From contig CAKKNE010000002.1 in the NCBI GenBank assembly GCA_918797485.1, forward strand, positions 3,720,001 to 3,784,000: 64,000 nt of DNA, read 5' to 3'. The stretch is from Pelagomonas calceolata (lineage: Eukaryota). Every line of letters starts with the position of its first letter. The first letter of the stretch is position 1. The notes under the pieces are model-generated. The model made no database searches. It was not told the DNA's origin and saw nothing but the letters and a program-made list of their open reading frames with translations. Below are positions 41,448 through 52,370 of this stretch, one piece after another. The position numbers and the translations under genes are program-made.

Positions 41448-43238
41448 ATGGCGTTCAGCTTCGGCGCGCCAACGGCGACCGCTGCTCCGACCTTTGGCGC
41501 GCCCGCTCCAGCGGCGGGTGGTTTCTCCTTTGGCGCCGCGACGGCGGCGCCCGCTGGAGGAGGATTTTTCGGGGGCGCCGCCGCTGGGCAGAAGCCCGCG
41601 ACGGGTTTGTTCGGCGCTCCGGCCGCGGCGCCGGCCGCCGGGCTATTTGGCGCACCCGCCGCGGCGCCCGCTGGCGGCCTCTTCGGAGCGCCCGCCGCGG
41701 CGCCCGCTGGCGGCCTCTTCGGAGCGCCCGCCGCGGCGCCCGCTGGCGGCCTCTTCGGAGCGCCCGCCGCGGCCCCTGCAGCAGGCGGTTTCGCCATCGG
41801 GGCCCCCAAGCCAGCCGGAACGGGTCTTTTTGGGGGGACGACAGCACCAGCGCCGGCGGGCGGCCTCTTCGGCGCGACGCCAGCCCCGGCTCCGGGCGGT
41901 CTTTTTGGGGGGACGACAGCACCAGCGCCGGCGGGAGGCCTCTTCGGCGCCCCAGCCGCGGCGCCGGCGGGCGGCCTCTTCGGCGCGACGCCGGCGCCCG
42001 CTGCGGGCGGCGGCCTCTTCGGCGCGACGCCCGCTCCAGCGAGCGGCCTTTTTGGCTCGACGCCGGCGTCCGCCGCCGGGGGGCTTTTCGGGGCCAAGCC
42101 CGCCGGGACGGGCCTCTTCGGCGCGCCGGCGCCGGCGGCGGGCGGCCTCTTCGGCGCGACGCCCGCGCCCGCCTACGGCGCCCCGAGCGCCGGCGGCGGC
42201 CTGTTCGGCGGCGCGGCGGGCGGGGGCCTCTTCGGCCAGCAGCCCGCGTACGGCCAGCCGCAGCAGATGGTCGCGGCGCCGGCGACGCAGCCGGCGACGC
42301 GCTTCGAGCAGCTGCCGGCGACGCCGGCGACGCTCGGCCGCGACGGCGTGCTCGCCGTCGAGAAGCACCTGGCCCAGAACCGCACGCTCCAGAAGCGCGT
42401 CGCGCTCGCGGCGCAGCCCGTCCGCGAGGGCATGGCGCACCTGCGCGAGGCCGTCGCGGCCGCGCGGGGCGCGCTCGAGCGCGCCGAGCACGAGCAGCGG
42501 CGGGCCGCGACGGTGGGCGGCGGGCTGCGGCTGGAGGCCGCGGCGCTGCGGCGGGACGGCGAGGAGCTCGCGGCGCGCGCCTCGAGCCGCAGCGCGGGGG
42601 ACTCGCTCCGCCTCGCGCGCGAGCTGCCGGCGCCGCTGCTCTGGCGCCACCTCGCGAACATGGAGAAGCGCCTGGCCGCGTACGCCCGGGACGTCACGAC
42701 CGTGCGGCCGGCGCGGCGGGACGGCGCGCGCGCCGACGACGACTCCGCGAACTTCCAGCTCGCGCGCGTCCTCGCGGCGCAGCGCGACGCGTTCCTGCGC
42801 GTGGCGGACGACGTGGCGCGCATGCACGCGCGCGTCGACGACGCGCGCCGCGGCGTGCGCCGCCGCGACCCCGGCCTGGACCCCTTCGCCGAGGCGGACC
42901 GCGAGGAGAAGGCGGCCGCGCGCGAGCTCGACGCCGAGATCCGCCTGGGCGCGCAGCGCGCGGCGGCCGCGGCGCCGGCGGCCGCCGTGCCCGGCGTCGC
43001 CGCGCCCGCCGGAGGCCTCTTCGGCAGCGCGCCGGCGCCCGGGGGGAGCCTGTTCGGCGCGACGACTGCGCCGCCCGCGCCGGCGCTCACGCGCACGGCC
43101 ACGCCGGCGACGGGCCTCTTCGGCGCGCCCGCGGCGGCGGCGCCGGCGGGCGGCCTCTTCGGCGCGCCGGCGGCCGCGGCGCCCGTGACGACGCTCTCGG
43201 CGAAGAAGCCCTCGCGCAACCGCAAGAAGGGGCGATAG
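41448..43238 (+). CDS. FG-repeat nucleoporin, Nup58/Nup49-like
   Basis: Many GGLFG repeats at both ends around a coiled-coil core beginning TRFEQLP. Confidence 0.8.
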   Translation: MAFSFGAPTATAAPTFGAPAPAAGGFSFGAATAAPAGGGFFGGAAAGQKPATGLFGAPAAAPAAGLFGAPAAAPAGGLFGAPAAAPAGGLFGAPAAAPAGGLFGAPAAAPAAGGFAIGAPKPAGTGLFGGTTAPAPAGGLFGATPAPAPGGLFGGTTAPAPAGGLFGAPAAAPAGGLFGATPAPAAGGGLFGATPAPASGLFGSTPASAAGGLFGAKPAGTGLFGAPAPAAGGLFGATPAPAYGAPSAGGGLFGGAAGGGLFGQQPAYGQPQQMVAAPATQPATRFEQLPATPATLGRDGVLAVEKHLAQNRTLQKRVALAAQPVREGMAHLREAVAAARGALERAEHEQRRAATVGGGLRLEAAALRRDGEELAARASSRSAGDSLRLARELPAPLLWRHLANMEKRLAAYARDVTTVRPARRDGARADDDSANFQLARVLAAQRDAFLRVADDVARMHARVDDARRGVRRRDPGLDPFAEADREEKAAARELDAEIRLGAQRAAAAAPAAAVPGVAAPAGGLFGSAPAPGGSLFGATTAPPAPALTRTATPATGLFGAPAAAAPAGGLFGAPAAAAPVTTLSAKKPSRNRKKGR

Positions 43239-43540
43239 AACCCCTGGGCCCCCGTTAAGTTCAGCAACTAGTGGCGCTATAGATAAATAGGGCCGCCCGA
43301 ACGGATTTCTGTTACTGTGCTAGGACTAGTGGGCGGAGACACGGTGGGGGAGACACGCGCTCGTCGCCGCGGCCGAGCTAGGGAGAGTATTGGTACGGCG
43401 GTGCTACGACTAGTGGCTACCGCAGTAGTGAGAGTCCCGACCAAGAGGTACCATGGTACTATACCTAGAGTAAGGTACCTTGTCCGACTGTGATTCCGAT
43501 CACGGCTTTGCGAGAGCTAAGGCAGCCAGCTCCGATTACT

Positions 43541-44695
43541 ATGGTTATGGGCAAGGGCGTAGAGGAGCAAAAAGCCGGCGTAGACTGGCTGCTGAAAAAC
43601 TACGCCCACCTAGAGCAGCACCGGCTGACAGGTGACGATGATGTTATAGTCGTCGATTTACGGGTCGATCGTGGCAAGGACGTGTGGTCGCTCGATGCCG
43701 AGTTGGTCGCTGCCTCAGCGAAGATGCTCTCGAGCAAGAAGCTGTCCGATGCCGTGCGCTATTTCGACGGTATTGGCTACCCGCAGTCTTATGGGAAACC
43801 GCTGCTGAAACAATTATTCAAGAAGGCGGCAAATCAAAACTTGCTGCTAGCGGCAGTTGGTGACAGCAGGCGTGAAGTGGCCCGGGAAGACTTTAGTCAC
43901 TGCGTCGCGTGTACCACCACGAAGGGCATCTTGGACTTGCGGTCAAAACTCGTGTCATCAATGGCGGCGAAACGAGCCGGCGTTGAGCTATCAGATGCCA
44001 TTGGCTACAACGATATAGGGGCCGCTAAAATGGACAACAGTGAGCGTAAGCGGTGTGGGATGTGCGGGAAGGAAGGCCAAAACATGCGTTGCTGCGCCGC
44101 GTGCGGGCAGGTGCGCTATTGTGACCGCGACTGCCAAAAGCGACACTGGAAACAACACAAGACCGTGTGTCGAAGGCGGCAGGAAGCCACCGCCATGACG
44201 AACCAATTACACGACCAGCTTGGGAGTCTTGAAACGGGACATAACACTGTCAAATGGATTAGCGATGAAGGCCTCGGCAAATTTCCATCTAAAGAGCAAC
44301 ACTCAGAATTTACAAAGGCAGTTGGTGCTTTCAGGACAAACTTCCTGGAGTCAGGATTAGTCGCTAAAATGGTGTGGGATCATGCAGGCGATAAGAGCGT
44401 GCCGCTGCATTGCAACATTGACTACGGAGATTATGTCGACTTTATGAGTCGATGGTGTGACGGCCGGCCCGGCAGTCGAACAAATATCAACATGCTTGTG
44501 TGTCTCAGTTCCGACCTTGATAAAATGCGAGCGACGGGGGCTATCACCGAAGTGGGAGCGCGAATGATGCGTGACGTATTTGCCAAAGTGGATCCGAAGA
44601 CGCATTTTAGCTGCTGTTTCACGTACAAAGTACTCGGGCCGTTTGCAGAAGTGATACTCTCAGTGCCGTGGTCAACCCACGACAACGCCCCTTGA
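43541..44695 (+). CDS. MYND zinc-finger protein
   Basis: CGMCG...CCAACGQVRYCDRDCQKRHWKQHKTVC; visibly lower GC than neighbouring genes. Confidence 0.8.
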   Translation: MVMGKGVEEQKAGVDWLLKNYAHLEQHRLTGDDDVIVVDLRVDRGKDVWSLDAELVAASAKMLSSKKLSDAVRYFDGIGYPQSYGKPLLKQLFKKAANQNLLLAAVGDSRREVAREDFSHCVACTTTKGILDLRSKLVSSMAAKRAGVELSDAIGYNDIGAAKMDNSERKRCGMCGKEGQNMRCCAACGQVRYCDRDCQKRHWKQHKTVCRRRQEATAMTNQLHDQLGSLETGHNTVKWISDEGLGKFPSKEQHSEFTKAVGAFRTNFLESGLVAKMVWDHAGDKSVPLHCNIDYGDYVDFMSRWCDGRPGSRTNINMLVCLSSDLDKMRATGAITEVGARMMRDVFAKVDPKTHFSCCFTYKVLGPFAEVILSVPWSTHDNAP

Positions 44696-44912
44696 GGCTT
44701 GTAGTCTTCCTACGCGCTGCCCGATAAATGTTCCCATGTACTAAGTTCTTGGGCCCCGGGGCCCTCGCACCGCGCCGCCACGTGCGCCGCCCGAGACCAC
44801 TGCGCCGACCCCCACGCCATCGAGCGGATGGTTCACCGACGGACGATTCCAACTTGTTCAAAAACAACAAGTTACTTCCTTTAATTTATTTTTTATTTTT
44901 TATTTATTTTAG

Positions 44913-45698
44913 TTACGCCGGCGCGTTCGCGAGCGGCCGCAGCGCCCCCAGCGCGGCCAGCGAGGAGACCTTCTGGCCGACGCCCTTGAGCGCGGCCAGC
45001 GACGGCCGCTCGTCCTCCGGGTCGTCCCGCGTGGCGATGTAAACGTGGAGGACGGCGCCGTCGGGGTGCCGCGGGTCCGTCTGCGGCTTCGGGACCTTGG
45101 CGCGCTCCAGGGTCCAGCCGAAGGCGCGCCGGGCGTCGCCGGCGTCCCGCTCCGACACCGCCTCGAGGACCTCCTCCCAGTCGTCCGCGTGCGACACGAC
45201 GAGGAACCGGCCGCCGGGCCGCAGCACCCGCGACACCTCGCGGCAGACGGCGTGGACGTTGCCCTCGGCGCCCTTGCCGCAGCGGATCACGTCGAGTGTC
45301 GCCTTCGCGATCACGAGGTCGAAGCTCTCGTCGGGGAACTCGAGCGCGCACGCGTTGCCGTGCATGAACTTGTTGTTGCGGTGCGGCCCCGACGCGTAGC
45401 GCTCGAGCTGCGCGATGACGCACGCGCGGCTGATGTCGATGTTCATGACGTACTTGTACCCGGCCCCGCACAGCGCCTCGCCGAGCCGCGACGTGCCGCA
45501 CCCGAGGTGCAGGACCTCGACGTCCTTCCCGGCCGCCTGCGCCTCGATGAGGCCCTCGAGGGCGTCGTAGCGCGCGTACCAGTCGAAGGGCTCCTTGTCG
45601 CGCATGTAGCGCTCGTCCCAGTAGCGCGTCGTGCCGAAGGCCTTCGGCGTCGGCTCCCCGTCCTGCGTGGGCTGCTCGCTCGCCACCGTGTTCGCCAT
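44913..45698 (-). CDS. EEF1AKMT4/METTL13-like SAM methyltransferase
   Basis: YWDERY, FDWY, LHLGCGTS, FDLVIAKATLD, RVLRPGG. Confidence 0.85.
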   Translation of the reverse strand: MANTVASEQPTQDGEPTPKAFGTTRYWDERYMRDKEPFDWYARYDALEGLIEAQAAGKDVEVLHLGCGTSRLGEALCGAGYKYVMNIDISRACVIAQLERYASGPHRNNKFMHGNACALEFPDESFDLVIAKATLDVIRCGKGAEGNVHAVCREVSRVLRPGGRFLVVSHADDWEEVLEAVSERDAGDARRAFGWTLERAKVPKPQTDPRHPDGAVLHVYIATRDDPEDERPSLAALKGVGQKVSSLAALGALRPLANAPA

Positions 45699-46506
45699 GA
45701 CGGGCTGCCCCAACAGCGCCGATCGATGAAATGGTGTCGATGCTAGAGAATCCGAGCTACCCTCTGATAAGTTGTTCTGTATTTTGCGTTGGCCGTCGCG
45801 TGGAGCCCCGCCCATGGCTGGGGGGGGGGGAGAGTAAAGGGCGAGGGGACGCCCCAACAACGTGCATTTACTCGCGAACGACGGGCCTATGGCTGCGCTG
45901 CCCGACGACGACGGCAGCACCGCCAGGCCCTGCTTATGGGTCTGCGGCAGGGGCGACGGCGGACGCCTTCAGGGTCCGAGGCGGGGCTCGGCCGGAGCTC
46001 TAGATCTAGCCGGCCGTAAGAAGCTACTGTGTGCTAGGCTTGAAACATATCTTAGGCACACGACACAGGGTCCGCCCGGTCTACGCGCTCACGAGTTCCG
46101 CGAGGGCTTGCGCGGCGTCGATGTCGTGGAAGTCTCCCTCCAGATACTCTAGGCCTAAGTTGATGGTGCTGTTGCAGAGGGCGACCAAGCTCCAGGGCTC
46201 GCCTTTTTTATATTCCATATGATGACAGACCAGGGGCCAATGCTTGTTTGGCCCGAGCCCCACACCGTTAGGTGGGGGACTAATTTTATACCTTTTGTCT
46301 ATACTACTAATGCCAACGGTAAAATATTTGGCGATTTCTATGTCAGTTTTTTTGACATATTTTTTATTAGTTGGTCAAAAAGGGGGGATGGTTTTTATGT
46401 TTGATTTCTAAAAAATGGAAAAAGTATATTTTATGGCTCATCCGTCAGGATGGGACATAAAGTATACATTTTCCCTATACTACTGCGCGACGTACACTCT
46501 AGGTAG

Positions 46507-47508
46507 TTACCCAGCGTCTCGCCAGAACGAGAGAATATTCCACACCACGCCGTTGTCGCCCTGCCTAAGCACAAACGCGAGGGCGTTCCGCTGCTTCGCA
46601 TCGCGGCCGCGCGGCCTCCGCCGTCGCGGTGGGAGCGCAGCGCGGCCGCGTTGGATCTGTGTCCGCAGGATCAGAACGTCTATGTGTGCGCGTAGGAGCC
46701 ACTTCTTGAAGCTTCCTGCCGCCGCCACGCCAGTGATCATATTTGATAACTCAATGAAATGAGGGTCGAGGTCGTGAGATCTCCCACGCTGGACGCTTCG
46801 TTTCCAGTGGAGATCCCGTCTCCGCCGCCACTTTTCGAGACCCCGTCTCCGCTGTTCGAGAACCCACGTGGGATTTGTTCCGTCGTTGTGAGGAGAGTCC
46901 GCCCTGGCGCCCGCCCGCAACAGGGCACGCGCAAGCCCTAGGATCTGTCCCGGTGCCCTCCCCTGTCCCGGTGCCCTCCCCATCCGTAAACCGCCATTAG
47001 AGATGATCTTTCCCAGCAGCGTGGTATCAAAGGAGGGGCTCGCACGCGCTCGGACCGTCACATTAGGATTGGCCCCAAATTCGAGGAGTAAGTCAAACCA
47101 TGGTAGCGCATTCCGAAACACATGCTGCGAGGCATATTCTAGCGGGCACACGCCATGGCCGTCGTCGAGGTTGGCGTCGGCGCCGTGCTCCAATAGCATC
47201 CGTGCTATGGCGAGCATTTGGAAGTCATAGTCCGCAATGGCGATCATTTGCAACTCATGGCCCCAATGGGGCATTTCCCGCCGGCCCGTATAGGCGCCAT
47301 TACAAACTATGCACAGCGTGAGAAGGGTGACCGTTCCGCCTTCCAGGGGCCATCTTCCCACCTGAAGCATTTCTGGAAGGGTGGCGTTCACATAGGCTGC
47401 CTCTGTGTCCACGAGCCATTGTTCCACCAAATCCTTGTCCCCCTCTTGCACCGCCCGGATGATGGCCAGCGGGATAGGGCCGGTGTGCTCCTCCGCGCTG
47501 CTGGACAT
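46507..47508 (-). CDS. Divergent ankyrin repeat protein with conserved C-terminal module
   Basis: LLEHGADAN, LLEFGANPN, LLRAGAR; ends VVWNILSFWR. Confidence 0.7.
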   Translation of the reverse strand: MSSSAEEHTGPIPLAIIRAVQEGDKDLVEQWLVDTEAAYVNATLPEMLQVGRWPLEGGTVTLLTLCIVCNGAYTGRREMPHWGHELQMIAIADYDFQMLAIARMLLEHGADANLDDGHGVCPLEYASQHVFRNALPWFDLLLEFGANPNVTVRARASPSFDTTLLGKIISNGGLRMGRAPGQGRAPGQILGLARALLRAGARADSPHNDGTNPTWVLEQRRRGLEKWRRRRDLHWKRSVQRGRSHDLDPHFIELSNMITGVAAAGSFKKWLLRAHIDVLILRTQIQRGRAALPPRRRRPRGRDAKQRNALAFVLRQGDNGVVWNILSFWRDAG

Positions 47509-48136
47509 GATTTTTTGCGAAGGCTGGGGCTGCTCGACTCCGTGTCTCCGATCCTGCAGGATGGGGAGCTAGTGTTTAGCCAAGAGGAGGGCGGGGGGGA
47601 CTACCCCCGGCAGCATGCCACTACCTACCACACCTCTACAGGGGTCCCTGGGAAAAAAATGGGGTTAGAAAAATCCCACTAGCTCCGTTTTACCCCCCCT
47701 ATTTTGCCCGCGGGCAGCCCCGCGACCAGCGTAACGTCGACTCGATGAGTACCGCGGTCAGAAGCACGGCGAGAGGACTACTCTACGGACAGGAACAGAT
47801 GGCAGTCGCGCAAGTCGACCTGCGGCTTGTCTCTGCTGTGGCTCGACCCCCCTACTACGCCCCCACTACCACTACCACCAACCACCACTCCTTGGGGAGA
47901 TCCTACAAATCTCGGGATGCTGTGGGTTGGGCTTTCCCCGCTCGCCTCTTGTGTTTAGCCTACTCGTAAGAACCACTTAATCCGCCGGCAGGGTCCAGCG
48001 AGCGGAGGCTCGGAAAGTGCTCGTCGAAGGAATCTTGTAACAATGAAAGTTACAGGCAGCTAGGGCGGGCAATACGCGAAGACCAACCAAGGCGAAGGCT
48101 ATGCTTAGACAAGGGGGGGGGAGGGGGTCGAGGGAT

Positions 48137-50479
48137 TCAGGCGGCGGCGGCCTCGCGCGCCGCCGGCTCGTCGGCCAGCCACGCGTCCGTCTGCGCGAGC
48201 GCCGGGCGCACGTGGCCCGGCGCGCGCTCGGCGTGGCCGAGCTTCTCGAAGGCCTGGACCTGGACGATGCGGTCCCGCGCCGCGGCCGCGGCCTCGAGGA
48301 TCTTCTGCTCGTCCGCCGTCGGGTGCTTGCGCGCGCGCTTGCACGCGCGCTCGATCGCGTCGGCCTCGAGGCAGAGCGACAGCGCCCCCAGCACCTCCTT
48401 CTGGTAGGCGCCCGACGTGTAGACGCCCGGCAGGAGTAAAGTAGACACGTAGTCCGAGTCCCGCGTCGTCAGGAGGTCCGCCGTGGCCTTGGTCAGAGCG
48501 TCGGTCGGGGCCTTCGTCGTGGCCCCGAAGTCGCCCAGCGGCGCGACGGCCGTCCGCAGGACGGACCCCACCACGTGGTGCGCGCCCGCGGGCATTTTCG
48601 GAACGTTGTCCGCCGCGTGCTTCAGCGCCTCGAAGGCCTCCGCCTCGAGCCGGAGCAGGGCGTGCTCCGCCACGCGCTGCAGGCCGGCATCCACTTTATC
48701 GTGGTTCCGCGCGTAGTGGTGCAGGCACCCATACCCCAAGAAGACCGCGCCGATCGCGTCCGCGAGGCGGCCCATGAACATCTCCTCAAATTTTAACCTG
48801 CCGCCCAACAGCAAAGCTAAATCGGCGGCCACGGCGAAATTGGCAGAAAGGCGCTGCAGTCTATCTTCATGCAGCTTCACGAACGCGTCCGGCTTCATCG
48901 AACCGGTCTCGCCGCCCTTCAGTGAGACCGCATCCTTCACGCCGGCCACGACGCTCCTCCCGAAGTTAGTAGCACCATGAGAGGCCATGTTCTTGACGCC
49001 CGCCATGAACTTTGACGGCGCATCCCCAGAATCGGACTGCAACGCTTCCACAACGTCCAACAAGTGGGGGTGGCACCGCATGAGACCTTGCCCGATGATC
49101 TGGAAGGACCGCGTCATGATGTTCGCGCCCTCGACGGTAATGGCGATGGGGAAGGACATGTAGGCACTGCCCAAGTAGTTGGACGCGCCCATCGAGATGC
49201 CCGCGCCCCCGGACACGTCCATGGCGTGGTTGATGATGTCCCGCCCCCGATTCGTCACGTTCTGCTTCATGATCGACGAGAGGACCATGGGCGCCTCGTG
49301 GTTGTCCACAATAGCATTCATTAATTCTGTGGAGGCCATGGCGATGTACCCGTCCGACGCCATGAGCGCCAACGCCTCCTGGACGCCGCCGAACTCGGCG
49401 ATGGGCACCTTGAACTGCTTCCGGGCGCGCGCATAGGCGCCGACCATGGGCGCGGCCCCTTTGCCCAACCCGACGGCCATCGCCGGCAGCGAGACGCCCC
49501 TTCCTTCCGCGAGGCATTCCACGAACATGTGCCAGCCGAAGCCGCACCGCTCCTGCCCTCCTAGTATGGCGTCCATGGGCACCCACACATCGCTACCCTT
49601 GACCGTGCCGTTCATGAAGGCCGCGTGCAAGGGGCAATGTCTAGGGCCCATCTCGAGGTTGTCGTGGCTGCGTTCTAGTAAAGCTACGGTAAAGCCCTCC
49701 TCCCCATTGCCCTTGAGGAGGTTATTCGGGTCTTGTAACTCAAAACCAATACCCACTAAACCGGCGACGGGCGCCAGCGTGATGTAGCGCTTGTCGAAGG
49801 TGCACTTGACTCCAATTTCGCCGTCGCGCTCCTCCACCACACCATAGCTCCCGATGAGTGAAGTAGCGTCGCTCCCGGAATGAATACCCGTCAACCCGAA
49901 ACAGGGGATGAACGTGCCGTCCGCTAACAGAGGTAGATAGTACTTCTGCTGCTCCGGCGTGCCGTACCTCACGAGCAGCTCGCCGGGGCCCAGCGAGTTC
50001 GGCACGGCCACGGTGGATGCTAAATCCGAAGACGCCGTGCCCAGCTTGACCAAGACGGCGGACGTCGCCGCCGTCGAGAAGCCCTTGCCGCCCCACTCCT
50101 TCGGAATTTTTAAAGCAAAAAACCCCTGCCTACGCATGAACCGCCAGACCTCGTCCGAGAAATCCTTGTCCTCCAGCACCTTGAAGTCGTCCACCAAACC
50201 ACAGAGCTCCTCGGTCTCGTTGGCTAAAAAACTTTTCTCCTCGTCCGTGAGCGTCACGAGCGGCGCGTACGTCGTCAGCAAATTTTCCAAAGAGGGCTTG
50301 CCCGAGAAGATCTCCCGGTCAAAACCGACGGTGCCGCAGCCCAGCGCGACGCGCTCCGTGTCGGAAATCTTGGGCATCATTTTGCGAGCGGCTTCGTAGG
50401 CCGCGCGCGCGACGAAGGTCCTCCGTGACACGGCGGGGCGCGCGGCCGCGGCCGCGCGCTGCAGGGCCTGGCGGCGCAT
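48137..50479 (-). CDS. FadE-type acyl-CoA dehydrogenase, mitochondrial-type presequence
   Basis: IPKEWGG, VPNSLGPGELL, IPCFGLT, KRYITLAPVA, ECLAEGRGVSLP, IAITVEGANIMTRS. Confidence 0.88.
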   Translation of the reverse strand: MRRQALQRAAAAARPAVSRRTFVARAAYEAARKMMPKISDTERVALGCGTVGFDREIFSGKPSLENLLTTYAPLVTLTDEEKSFLANETEELCGLVDDFKVLEDKDFSDEVWRFMRRQGFFALKIPKEWGGKGFSTAATSAVLVKLGTASSDLASTVAVPNSLGPGELLVRYGTPEQQKYYLPLLADGTFIPCFGLTGIHSGSDATSLIGSYGVVEERDGEIGVKCTFDKRYITLAPVAGLVGIGFELQDPNNLLKGNGEEGFTVALLERSHDNLEMGPRHCPLHAAFMNGTVKGSDVWVPMDAILGGQERCGFGWHMFVECLAEGRGVSLPAMAVGLGKGAAPMVGAYARARKQFKVPIAEFGGVQEALALMASDGYIAMASTELMNAIVDNHEAPMVLSSIMKQNVTNRGRDIINHAMDVSGGAGISMGASNYLGSAYMSFPIAITVEGANIMTRSFQIIGQGLMRCHPHLLDVVEALQSDSGDAPSKFMAGVKNMASHGATNFGRSVVAGVKDAVSLKGGETGSMKPDAFVKLHEDRLQRLSANFAVAADLALLLGGRLKFEEMFMGRLADAIGAVFLGYGCLHHYARNHDKVDAGLQRVAEHALLRLEAEAFEALKHAADNVPKMPAGAHHVVGSVLRTAVAPLGDFGATTKAPTDALTKATADLLTTRDSDYVSTLLLPGVYTSGAYQKEVLGALSLCLEADAIERACKRARKHPTADEQKILEAAAAARDRIVQVQAFEKLGHAERAPGHVRPALAQTDAWLADEPAAREAAAA

Positions 50480-50900
50480 GGTGGCTCTTGCTTTTATTAT
50501 TCTTCGGCGCTCGGGAGGCGCAGAGCTTCCTCAGAAGCTAGCGACAGGGAGTGCACTTGCCGGGGTAATGCGCTCGGCGCGCGGTCCGTCGGGAGCGGCG
50601 CTGCTGCGAGGTGGCGCCGGCGGTACGGGAGACCTGCGTACCCGGCTGGCTCAAGCTCCTCGACACGTTTGATGCTTTTAAGGAAGTCTCTACTAGAGCT
50701 TGGAGGCATCCTAGTGTCTTTCAGGCCGCTAGTCGACGACTTGACAGCCATGTCGCGTCGTTAATGTACAAGAACAGCGGTCGGCGGCCAAAAACACGCC
50801 ATCGCGGCGACGCCCGCGAGTCCAAGTTCACGGCCCCGCGACGGACGCCGAACGCCCACAGACGAAACAGCAGATTACACCAGCACACCGCGGCCGGGGC

Positions 50901-51911
50901 TCAGTCCTCGAGGAAGTCGAAGAGCGCGTCGTCGACCTCCGCGTCGTCCAGGAGCTCGGTGCCGAGGAAGTTGGCCTCGAGGAGCGGGTACAGGGGCGGC
51001 GGCGTCGCCGACCGCCCGGGCGCCGGGGCGGCGGCCGGCCCGGGGGCGGACGGCGCGGCCGCGGGCGCGCGCGGGCCCTCGAAGAGCGTGAGCTGGTTCG
51101 TCCGCCGCTGGAGCATCTCGCGGTGCAGCGCCATCTGGCGGCCCATGTCGTCGCCGTGGGGATTTAGATTCGCGGCGGCGGCGGGCGCGGGCAGCGGCGC
51201 GCGCGGCGCCGGCGCCGGCGCCGCGAGCGGTGGGAGCAGCGGCGGCGCGGCCGCGCCGAGCCGCGCGGTGAGCGTCGTGAACGGCGACAGCGGCGCGGCG
51301 GGCGACGGCGGCGGCGGCGGGCCGGCGAGGAGGCGTTGGGCGGCGGCGGCGAACGGCCGCAGGCCGCCGTTGGGCGCGGCGGCGGGCGCGGCGGCGGGCG
51401 CGGCGTCGGGCGCCGGCGCGGGCGCCGCGGTCGCCGCGCGGCCGCCGAGCGCCGCGCGCAGCTGGCGCTGGCGCTCGATCGTCTCGCGCAGCCCCGCCAG
51501 GGTCTGGCGCAGCGCGTCGTTGGCCTCGAGCGCGTCCTCGACGCTCCGCTCGGCCAGCGCGGCGCCGCGCGTCAGGGCGTCGAGCGCCGCCGCGGCGTCG
51601 GCCGAGTCGCCGGCGCTCGGCCGCGGCGGCCCGGCGCCGCCGGCCGCCGGCCGCTGCCGGCGGAACGCCGCGAGCTGCGCCTCGACGGTCGCCGCGTCGA
51701 GGTGTTCGCCCGGCGCGACGGCGGGCAGCTCGCCCGCGACGGCGTGCACCGTGGCCGCGCGGAGCCCCACGTCGAAGATCGCCGTCTGGAACGCCGCGTG
51801 CAGGTCGTCGCCCCAGACGAAGCGCCGCTTCTTGCGCTTCCCGTCGCCGGCGGTGGGCGAGGGCCGCCGCTTGCCGCCGGAGCGCGTGCCTCCTTGATCG
51901 ACCGCCTCCAT
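50901..51911 (-). CDS. GARP/SHAQKYF-like Myb transcription factor
   Basis: KKRRFVWGDDLHAAFQTAIFDVG followed by a coiled coil; recognition helix divergent. Confidence 0.65.
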   Translation of the reverse strand: MEAVDQGGTRSGGKRRPSPTAGDGKRKKRRFVWGDDLHAAFQTAIFDVGLRAATVHAVAGELPAVAPGEHLDAATVEAQLAAFRRQRPAAGGAGPPRPSAGDSADAAAALDALTRGAALAERSVEDALEANDALRQTLAGLRETIERQRQLRAALGGRAATAAPAPAPDAAPAAAPAAAPNGGLRPFAAAAQRLLAGPPPPPSPAAPLSPFTTLTARLGAAAPPLLPPLAAPAPAPRAPLPAPAAAANLNPHGDDMGRQMALHREMLQRRTNQLTLFEGPRAPAAAPSAPGPAAAPAPGRSATPPPLYPLLEANFLGTELLDDAEVDDALFDFLED

Positions 51912-52370
51912 TGCTGGGGCTATTGCTTGGGCCCGAGACCAGCAATGGGAGGTGTGTGGTCGGCCATTATGCTGACATACTCTTCAGTTTCAGGTGCAGT
52001 GGTGCAGCAACAATCACAAAAGTCCTGAAATCAGCAGGGAGAGTCACAAAAGTCATTTTACCCAGTGTGAGAGCACCCACAGTGCGCCAGATGCATATAC
52101 CCGCAACGTGCACCCCCCCAAAATCCATTTGACTATAGTTATTTCGATAATAGCGGGACTTGCAAAGTAACAGAAATGAGTTAGGATGGGCGTACCGTAA
52201 CCGAGTGCAATCTCGAGAGGTGCCTCGCCGCCACTGGCCCGCCAAGGCCTAACTACAATTCGCGCAACGTTACTCGGCCCCCCGCTGCCGCCGAACGAAC
52301 GCAGCACGCGCCGCGGCGTCGACGGCGGCGAGCCGCGACCGCGTCTCCGGGTGCGCGCGCGGCCGCAGCG

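Noticed and set aside
41450..42240. 30-bp tandem repeats
   Set aside because: Explained by the GGLFG repeats of the nucleoporin.
46081..46410. Short AT-rich ORF fragments
   Set aside because: Too short and interrupted to assign.
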